From the human T2T-CHM13v2.0 reference genome, Homo sapiens, in the NCBI RefSeq assembly GCF_009914755.1, contig NC_060947.1: a DNA stretch of 64,000 nucleotides; one strand, given 5' to 3'. The position numbers and the translations under genes were made by a program. Shown one piece after another: positions 51,725 through 64,000 of the stretch (position 1 is its first letter; each line of letters begins with the position of its first letter). The notes beneath the pieces are model-generated. The model was not told the DNA's origin and did not search any database. It was given only the letters and a program-made list of their open reading frames with translations.

Positions 51725-54700
51725 TCTTTTTTTAATCTTGTGGATATATAGTAGATGTATATATTTCTGGGTTACATGAAATATTTTGATGCAGGCATGC
51801 AATGTGAAAAAGTCATATCGGGGAAAATGGGGTATCCATCACCTCAAGAATTTATCCTTTGTGCTTCAAACAATCCAGTTTTACCACTTTAGTTATTTTA
51901 AAATGCGCAATTAAATCATTTTTTACTATAGTCACCCTGTTGTACTAGCAAATACTAGGTCCAATTCATCAATCTAACTATACTTCTGTACCCATTAACC
52001 ATGCCCACTCCCGCTGTCCCCATTACCCTTTCCAGCCTCTGGTAATCATTCTTCTACTCTCTATCTGCATGAGATCAATTGTTTTAATTTTTAGCTTCCA
52101 CAGATTAGTGAGAACATGTGATTTTTTTTTTCTGTGCTTGGCTTATTTCACTTAACATAATGACCCCCAGTTCCATCCATGTTGTTGCAAATGACAGAAT
52201 CTCATTCATTTTTTATGGGTGAATAGCACTCCATTGTGTATATATGCCACATTGTCTTTATCTATTCATTTGGTTGATGGACACTTAGATTGCTTCCAAA
52301 TCTTGGCTGTTGTGAACAGTGCTGCAAAAAACATGGGAGTGCAGCTATTTCTTTGATGTACTGATTTTCTTTCTTTTGGGAATATACCTAGAAGTGGTAT
52401 TGCTGGATCCTATGATAGCTCTATTTTCAGTTTTGGGGGAAACTCCAAATTTGTCTTCACAGTGGTTGTACTAATTTACATTCCCACCAACAGCGTACGA
52501 GGGCTCTCTTTTTGTCCACATTCTTGCCAGCTTTTGCTGTTGCCTGTCTTTTGGTTACAGGCCATTTTAACTGCAGGGACATGATATCTAATTGTAAGTT
52601 TGATTTGTATTTCTATGATGATCAATGTTTTTGAGCACCTAGTCATATACCTGTTTGCCATTTGTATGTCTTCTTTTGAGAAATGTCTATTCAAATCTTC
52701 TGCCCATTTTTTACTGGATTATTAGATTTTTTCCTGTAGAGTTGTTTGAGCTCCTTATATATTCTGGTTATTAATCCCTTGTCAGATATGTAGTTTGCAA
52801 ATATTTTCTCCCATTCTGTGGATTGTCTCTTTGGTGACTGGTTCCTTTGCTGTGCAGAACCTGTTTAACTTGATGAGATCCCATTTGTCCATTTTTGCTT
52901 TGGTTACCTGTGCAGGTGGGGTATTATACAAGAAGTCCTTGCCCAGCCAAATGTCCTGGAGAGTTTCTCACCATGTTTTCTTTGAGTAGTTTCATAGTTT
53001 CAGGTCTTAGATTTAAGTATTTAATCCATTTGTATTTCACTTTTATATGTGGCAAGAGATAGGGTTCTAATTTCGTTCTTCTGCATATGAATATCCAGTT
53101 TTCCCAGCATAATTTATTGAGGACACTGCCCTTTCCTCAATGTATGTTCTTGGAATCGTTGTTAAAAATGAGTTCACTGTAGGTGCATGGATTTGTTTCT
53201 GGGGTCTTCATTCTGTTCCATTGATCTTTGTGTCTCTTTTTATGCCAGAACCATATTATTTTGGTTATTATACTATAGCTCTGTAGCATAATTGGAAGTC
53301 AGGTAATGTGATTCCTCTAGATTTGTTCTTTCTGGGATAGCTTTGGCTATTCTGAATCTTGTGGGATTTCATATCAATTTTATGATACTTTTTTTTCTAT
53401 TTCTTTGAAGAATGTCATTGGTATTTTGAAAGACAGTGCATTGAATCTGTAGATTGCTTTGGGTAGTATGGACATTTCAACAATATTTATTCTTTCAATC
53501 CATGAATATGGAATACCTTTCCATTTTTGTGTCCTCTTTGATTCCTTTCATCAGTGTTTTGTAGTTTTCATTTTTCAGGTCTTTTACTTCTATGGTTAAT
53601 TCCTAAGTATTTAATTTTATGTGTGGCTATTGTAAATGGGATTACTTTTTTTTCACATTGTTCACTGTTGGCATATAGAAATGCTACTGAATTTCGTATG
53701 CTGATTTTGTATCCTGCAACTTTACAGAATTTATTAGTTCTAGTAGTTTTTTAATGGAGTCTTCAGGGTTTTTTTTCAAATATAAGATGACATCATCCTC
53801 AAAGAAGGATAATTTCATTTCTTTCTTTTCAGCTTGGATGTCATTTATTTCTTTGTCATGTCTGATTGCTCTAGATAGGACTTCCAGTACTATGTTGAAT
53901 AACAGTGGTGAAAATGGGCAACCTTGCATTCCAGATCTTAGAGGAAAGGCTTTCAGTTTTCCCTCCACTCAATATGATACAAGCAATACAAGCTGTGGGT
54001 CTGTAGCATATGACTTTTATTATGCTGAGGTATGTTCCTACTATAGCAAGCTTTTCGAGGGTTTTCACCAACAAGTGATGTTGAATTTTATGAAATGTTT
54101 TTTCAGCATCAATTGAAATGATCATATGTTTTTTTTCCTTCATTCTGTGATTTGATGTATCACATTGATTGATTTACATATGTAGAACCATCCTTGAATC
54201 CCTGGGATAAATCCCACTTGGTCGTGATGAATGATCTTTTTATTGTGTTGTTGAATTTGGTTTTCTAGTATTTTGTTGAGGATTTTTGGATCAATATTCA
54301 TCAGTTATATTTGCCTATACTTTTCTTTTTTCGATGTGTCTTTTTCTGTTTTTCCTATCATGTTAATACTAGCCTTGTAGATTGAGTTTGGAGGTGTTCT
54401 CTCCTTCTTTAGTTTTCTGAATAGTATGAATATGATTGGTATTAGTTCTGCTTTAAATGTTTGGTACAAGTCAGCAGTGAATCCCTTGAGTTCCAGTATT
54501 TTCTTTGTGGTGGGACTTTTTATTAAAGCTTCAATCTCATTACTTGTTATTGGTTTGTTCTGGTTTTAGATTTCTTCATGGTTCAACCTTCCTAGGTTGT
54601 ATGTGTCTAGAAAGGTGTCCATTTCTTCTAGATTTTTCAATTTATTGGCATATAGTTTCTCACACCAGCCACTAATAATCTTTTAAATTTCTGATGTATT

Positions 54701-57700
54701 AGTTTTAATGTTTTCTTTTTCATCTCTGGTTTTATTTATTTGGAGCTCTCTTGTTTTTTTCTTAGTCTGGCTAAAGTTTGTCAATTTTGTTCATCTTTTC
54801 AAAAAATGTCTTTTTGTTTTATTGATCTTTTGTATTTTGTTGTTTCAATTTCACTTATCTCCGCTCTAGTTTTTATTATTCATTTTCTTCTACTAATTTT
54901 GATTGATTTTGATTGTCTTAGTTATTTTAGATTCATCATTCGATTATATATTTGAAGTTTTTCTTTTTCTGATATAGGCACATATACCTGTAAACTTCCC
55001 TCTTAGTACTGCTTTTGCTGTATCTCATAGGTTTTGGTATGTTGTGTTTCCATTACCACTTGTTTCAAGGATTTTCTTCAATTTCCTTTTTAATTTTTGA
55101 ATTGACCTTCTGGCCATTCAGGAACATACTGTTTAATTTCCATGTATTTGTATATTTTCCAAAATTCTTCTTGTTGTAGATTTGTAGTTTTAATCCATTT
55201 GTGGTCACAGAAGATGCTTGATATTGTTTTAGTTTTTTGAATGTTTTAAGACATTTTTGGGACCTAACATACGGTTTATCTTTGAGAATGATCCATGTAC
55301 TGAGGAAAAGAATGTGTATTCTGTAGCTGTTGGAAAAAAACGTTCTGTAAATATCTATTAGGGCCATTTGTTCTATAGTGCAGAATAAGTTCCATGTTTC
55401 TTTATTTTCTGTCTGGAAGATCTGTCCAGTGCTGAAAGTGGGGTGTTGAAGTATCCAGCTATTATTGTATTAGGGCCTATCTCTCTCTTTAGCTGTAATA
55501 TTATTTCCTTTATATGTCTGGGTGCTTCAGTGTTGGGCGAATGCATACATACTTATATATAGTTGTTATATCATTTTGAGGAATTGACCCCTTTATCATT
55601 ATAGGGTGACTTTGTCTTTTCTTATAGTTTTTGTCTTGAAATCTGCTGTATCTGATATAAGTATAGCTACTCCTGCTCTTTTTTGGTTTCCATTGGCACG
55701 GAACATCTTTTTTCATTCCTTTATTTTTAGCCTATGTGTGTCTTTATAGGTGAAGTGTGTTTCTTATAGGCAATAAACCATTACATCATGTTTTATCATC
55801 CATTCAGCCACTGTATGTCTGTTCATTGGAGAGTTCATTTACATTCAATGTTATTGTATTATTGATCAGTAAGGACTTACTCATGCCTTTTTGTTATGTG
55901 TTTTCTGGTTGTTTTTGGTATTCTCTTTCTTTTTTCCTTTCTTCCTGACTTCATTTTAGTGAAGGTGATTTTCTCTGGTGATACAATTTAGTTTCTTGCT
56001 TTGGATTTTTTGTATATCCGTTATGTTTTTTTTTTATTTGAGGTTACCATGAGGCTTGCAAATACTATCTTATAACCCATTATTTTAAGCTTTTAACAAG
56101 TCAACACTGCTTTCATAAACAAATGAAAAGAAAACTAATACAAATTGTACATCTTAACTTTAACTTCTTGCTTTTAAACTTCCTGTGATTTCTGTTTATA
56201 TCTTATTTTACAGTGTATGTCTAGAAAAGTTATTATAATTACTATTTTTGATTGGTTAATCTTTTTATTTAAGACAAGAGTAGTTTACATATCATAGTTA
56301 CAGTTTTATAGTATTCTGTGTTTGTTCTGTGTACTTACTGAAAGCAGTGCATTTTGTACCTTCAGATAATTTCTTATTGCTCATTAATTTCCTTTTCTTT
56401 CTGATTGAAGTACCCCCTTTAACATTTCTTGTAGGGCCTGTCTGGTGTTGATGAGACCCTTCAGCTTTTGTTTGTCTGGGAAAGTCTTCATTTCTCCTTC
56501 ATATTCGAAGATTATTTTTTGCTGGATATACTATTCTAGGGTAAAAGTTTTTTTCCTTCAGCAATTTAAATATGTGATGCCACTCTCTTCTGGCCTGTAA
56601 GGTTTCCACTGAAAAGTCTGCTGCTGGACATATTGGAGCTTCATTGTGGGTTACATGTCTCCTTTTTCCTGCTATTTTTTAGGATCCTTTTTTTTTATCC
56701 TTTGGGAATTTGATTATTTAATGTCTTGAGGTAGTCATTAGGTTAAATCCACTGGGTTTTCTGTATCCTTCTTGTCCTTGGATATTAATATCTTTCTCTA
56801 GGTTTGAGGAGTTGTTATTATCCCTTTGAGTAAACTTTATACTCCTATCTCTTTCTCTACTTCTTCTTTAAGGCCAATATCTCGTAGATTTTCCTGTTTG
56901 AGGCTGTTTTCTTTATCTTGCAGGTGTGCCTCATTCTTTTTTGTTCCTTTTTGCCTCTTCTGTGTATTTTTAAATAGCTTGCCTTCAAGCTCACTAATTC
57001 TTTCTTCTGCTTGATCAAATCTGTTATAAAGAGACTCTGATGCATTCTTCAGTATGTCAGTTGCATTTTTCAAGTGCAGAATTTCAGCTTGATTCTTTTA
57101 AATTGTTTCAATCTCTGTTAAATTTATCTGATAGAATTCTAAATTCCTTCTCTGTGTTATCTTGAATTTCTTTGAGCTTCTTCAACGCAGCTATTTTGAA
57201 TTCTTGGTCTGAAAGGTATATCTCTATTTTTCCTTGGTTGTTCTCTGGGGCCTTATTTAGTTAATTTGGTTAGGTCATGTTTTTCTGGATGATGTTGATA
57301 TCTGCAGATGTTTGTTGCTGCCTAGACATTAAAAAGTAAGGTATTTATTGTAATCTCCATAGTCTGGGCTTATTCATATCCATCTTTCTTGGGAAAGTTT
57401 TCCAGGCATTCGAAATAACCTAGGTGTTGTGATCTAAGCAATGTCTTCATTGGGGGACACCCCAATTACAGTAAAGCTGTGGTTCTTGCAGACCCATACA
57501 GGTACCATCTTAGTGGTCTTGTTTGAGATCCAGAAGAATTTTTTGGATTATAAGGCAGAAGATCTTGTTCATTTCCCTTAGTTTCTTCAAGACAAATGGA
57601 GTCTCTTTCTCTGTGCTGAGCCACTTGACGTTGTGGGAAGGGAAAGTCTTTGACACAAGCATCCCTGTGACCACTGAGAACACACTGGGTGAGACCTGAA

Positions 57701-59336
57701 GCTAGCAGAGCACTGGGTCTCACTCAACGTTCACTGTAATCATTGCCTGGCTACCATTTGTGTTCACTGAAGGCCCTAAGGCTGTAAAATCAGCAGGCTG
57801 GGAAGCCAGACAGGTTATTCTTCCTTTCAGTGAGACAAGCTCTCCTAGGCCCCAGGTGGTTCCAGAGATGCTATTCTGGAGCTAAAAACTGAAGTTAGTA
57901 ACCTTAGATTTCTATCTGGTGTTGTATTGCCCAGTGGCTGAGCTAGCACTCAAACCATGAGACACAGTCCTGCATATTCTTCCTTTCCCTTTCCACATGC
58001 AAAGGAGTCTCACCTCATGTCCAGCACCACCACAGGCCCGTGGGGTGTACTGCTAGGCCTCTATCAATGTTCACTTTAGGCCCAAGGGCTTTTTAATCAT
58101 CTTTTGGTGAACGCTGCTTGTGGTGAATGCTGCCTGGCCTGGTCTCACCCTTCAGGGCACTGGGGTCTCCACCTGCCCAGGGCAGATCCAGAAATGTCAT
58201 CCAAGATTCAAGTCCTGGAATTGGGGACCCTAAGGGCCCACTTGATGCTCTGTGCTCCTGTGGCCAAGCTCATACCTAAGGTGCAAGACAAAGTTTCCTT
58301 CACTTTCCCCTCCTCTTTCTTTCAAGCAAAAGGAGTCTCGCCTTGTAACCACGAGAGCTGGGAATGTGCTGGGTCTCACCTGATTCCAGTAAGTCTCAGA
58401 GTGCCAAGTCCCATGGCGTACTGCTTGGTTATTGCTGCTGGTTATTCAAGGCCCAGGGGCTCTTTATTCAGCCAGTAATGGGTCCTGCCAGGACTGTGTC
58501 CTTCACTTCAAGGCTGTGGATTCCCTTCTGGCCCAGGATGTGTCTTGAAATGTCATTCAGGAGCTAGGGCCTGGAATAGGGGCCTCATGACTCTGCCCAG
58601 TACACTATCTTACAGTGGCGGAGTTGGTATCCAAGATGCATGACAAAGTCTTCTCTCCTCTTCCTTCTCCTCTCCTCAAGCAGAAGAAAGGTGTCTCTTT
58701 TGACCCATGAGACGTGCAGCCTGGTGCTGTGGTAGAGGTTGCACAAGCCTTCCCTTAGCTACCCCAGCTGATGTCTCAGTAAGTCGTGTGCCCACCCCCC
58801 AAGTCCACTGGCTCTGAGCCCAGCTGTACACTTGGGCTCACGGAGGAGTTGCAGTCCTTGTGGCCTAGACTGCCCTTCAAGTTTATTTAGGGACCCGGGG
58901 CACTCAAGCCTGAGGTTGCGAGGCTTGCTGGAACTCAAGTTCCCACTGCTGGGATCGGTGATTTCCCTCTGGCTTGGGCTGATCCATATGCTTTCTCCCT
59001 GGGTAGGGATCAGTTATGTACATCACAATTCTGCTTTCTGCTGTGACAGGACAGCACTGAGTTCATTGAAGAAAATCTCACAGTTGCTGTGTTCTCCCTT
59101 TCCAAGTGCACAGATTTTCCTCACCTTGCAGCCACTGTCAAGGTATGGGGGAGGGGTGGTGTCCACAGTTCAAGATGTCTTTCCTCTTTTTTCCAGTGCT
59201 TCTTTCGGTATTACGAAGTTAAAACCAAGTTATATGAATGCTTACCTGATTTTTGTTTTTTATAAACGTGATTTTTTTTGTGTAGATAGTTGTTAAATTT
59301 GGTGTTCCATCTATTCTGCCTTTTTGCTCTGCTCCC
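51725..59336 (-). mobile_element. Near full-length old L1 (L1MA-type), degraded
   Basis: 5' end reads gggagcagagcaaaaaggcagaatag on the minus strand; ORF1 fragments (QAEERISELE, 56837-57073); ORF2 endonuclease and RT fragments ([27 protein letters not shown]); L1MA-type 3' end with poly-T at ~51725. Confidence 0.9.
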
Positions 59337-59659
59337 AACAGTATTTTTTTTGCATTAATGGTGAAAGCCATGCATCATGTAAGATGATAGTTATGAAATG
59401 AGTATGTCTCCATTAAGATGCTGTAGTGGAGTATCATTAATTCAATAGCTTTAAGAAGTCTATGTTGCTTGGAAGATTGAAAGAATTTTTCTGAAAGAAA
59501 TATCATGTTGCTTCCTAAACTTTCACAAGCCACACTTTCATGCATTGTAAATTCTAGATAAAAAGTTTAGGATATCAGTGAATATCCACTCTAGCAAAGT
59601 TCAAAATATATGCCTAAATTGTTCAGTTAAAAACACAGTGCCCAAACTAGTTGAATGAC

Positions 59660-60870
59660 CTAAATTAGTAGTTCTTAACTCTGATTGCACATTAGAATAA
59701 ACTTTTTAGCTTTAAAATAAATCCCATGTACAGATGTCTCACCAAGTCTGACAAATCATAATATCTTGGTAGGGGACCACAGGACTGATATTTTTTAGAA
59801 ACTCAGTCATTTGTTGTGCAGTGAGAGTTTAGAACTACTCATTTCAAACAATATTCTGTGCTTAGTTAGAATATTTTCATTATAGCATCTTTAAAAAAAT
59901 ATTTTGTATATGTGTGTATATTGTAGTAATGCATTGATTTTCTGTACACATTAGGCAATGTTTTACCCAACGATTGTATGTTTCTTGACTTTTTTTAACT
60001 GTAAACTCTTCAATTCCTGTTCTGCTTTTCCGGGCTTAATTAATAGGTAGCTATTGACATCCTACAGCAGACCTAACACAACTGTTTTATCCTGGTAGGT
60101 AGCAAACATCTGAAGCCCTAATTTTGCATGCTAAAAAAGCTAACAATTATTGAGTATCTTAGTATGTTGCAGGCCTTGTTCAAAACACTTTTCCTGTATT
60201 AAAATATCGACCACAGGTAACCATCTAATAAGATTTTTACAGATGAAAAAATTGTGACTCAGAGAAATTAAGTATCTTTTAAAGTCATATAGTTAGCCAA
60301 CTGAAGAACAGGTATCAGAAGTTAGGAAAACAGACAAAAGAATCCATAATATTAATTGCGACCATGTACTTCTCTTTAATGCATTTTTTTTTTATAAATT
60401 AACATGATTGTTGGAAGACCAGAGAATGAAAGAAATTAGTTACATTCCTAAGACTTGACTATCTGTACTGGCAGTGATAGAATTCCTAAGATTCTCGGAG
60501 AAACATTTAGATACATTTAAAACTTCTTGGAGTGTTAGAAAACTCAAAAAGAGCAGTTAGGCATGTAAATTTCACATGCTTGTTACCTAGGATTTGCCTT
60601 AAGCATAGGAACCAGTGGCAAACTACTTGGGCAATGCATTCTGTTTCTGAAAGTCGCACTAAAAGATATGAGTTTGCTGTTTCCTTCCCTTATGGGACCT
60701 TAAATTAAGCTACTCTATAAAATCTGTTGGAGAGCTTTGAGAAATGCTGATATCCAGGGATCATCTTCCATAGATGTTGATTCAATTCGTCTGGGATTAG
60801 GGCACAGGCATAGGCATTATTTTTGAAGCTCCCACAGGTGATTCTAACATTTGGCCAGAGTTGCCACACA
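59660..60870. mobile_element. Scattered ancient repeats: MER5-like fragments (~59660-59840, ~60700-60870) and MIR (~60145-60360)
   Basis: gcacattagaat...gagtttagaactact and aagctcccacaggtgattctaac MER5-like motifs; ttttacagatgaaaaaattgtgactcagaga MIR core. Confidence 0.5.
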
Positions 60871-61074
60871 CTGGTATAATTCATCAACCTGAAAAAATAA
60901 GAAATGCACATTAGTATTCCTAAATTCTCTTAACAGTCTTGTGCTGCTTCAAAGCATGAATGATCTTTAGGTCAATTGTATTTATGTTGATCTTGATAAC
61001 TTATACTTCCTCAGCTTGTTGCATTTTATGGAGCTCATATTCACTATTACATAACATTTATATAACTATGACGG

Positions 61075-61497
61075 TGATAGAGACAGGAAGACAGCCAAAG
61101 ATCCCCAGGAAAACCCCACCTTCAATCCTAAAACAGCCTGAAGGCTGAAAAACTGGACTGCTGGTTCCAGATGAAGCCTGCCCTTTCCCAACTGATTATT
61201 TCTGAATAAAGCCCACCTGCACACTGGGAGGACAGGGTGGAGCCTCAGGAAGTTCATACCATTTGTAGGGGGTAGGAGCCTGGCCTCTCCTGTTCCTGTG
61301 TGGTGACCTGAGAATCAATTTGTGAGGCAGGAAACCTGCTAGCAGGACTCTCGCTTTGCTGAGTTAATTTTTCCTTTTTCCTTTCCACCCAATAAGTTCC
61401 ATTTTCCTCACCCTTCTATGTATCCACAAGCCTAATCATTCCTGGTTGTGTGACAAGAGGCCAGTTTTAGCTGAACTAAGGAGAAAGTTCTGCAACA
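61075..61497 (+). mobile_element. ERV1 5' LTR (MER61-like)
   Basis: TGATAGAGACAGG...TTCTGCAACA, followed immediately by a PBS-like sequence. Confidence 0.75.

Positions 61498-64000
<2,503 letters not shown>

Noticed and set aside
57466-59296. ORFs of 85-154 aa
   Set aside because: They lie in the degraded L1 5' UTR and show no recognisable protein features.

Overview
Primate (almost certainly human) X-chromosome DNA containing the Xq27.2 MAGE-C cancer-testis cluster, all on the + strand. Three tandem paralogous units are present: (1) a stop-riddled MAGE-C pseudogene (ATG 7789 to 8957), part of which matches an exon of the long two-domain MAGEC3 model; (2) MAGEC3 (346-aa ORF 23465-24505, frameshifted near its C-terminus); (3) MAGEC1/CT7 (spliced ATG 31886 plus exon 32222-35646, 1142 aa, with 105-bp and 42-bp coding repeats). 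A HERV-L provirus (10890-17007, TSD TATTG) lies between units 1 and 2. The last 19 kb is mostly repeat-derived: THE1, LTR16, a near full-length old L1, and an ERV1 LTR with internal sequence. I found no new biological system; this is a known locus. The observations most worth checking are an intact in-frame ancestral N-terminus in MAGEC1 intron 3 (possible 1213-aa isoform), a 438-bp apparently identical gene-conversion tract, the mosaic ancestry of the pseudogene, divergent Ets/YY1 core promoters, an ancient ~220-bp module array upstream of each gene, and two small templated insertions. Gene names, repeat family names and reference alleles are from memory and were not checked against a database; alignments were done by eye.
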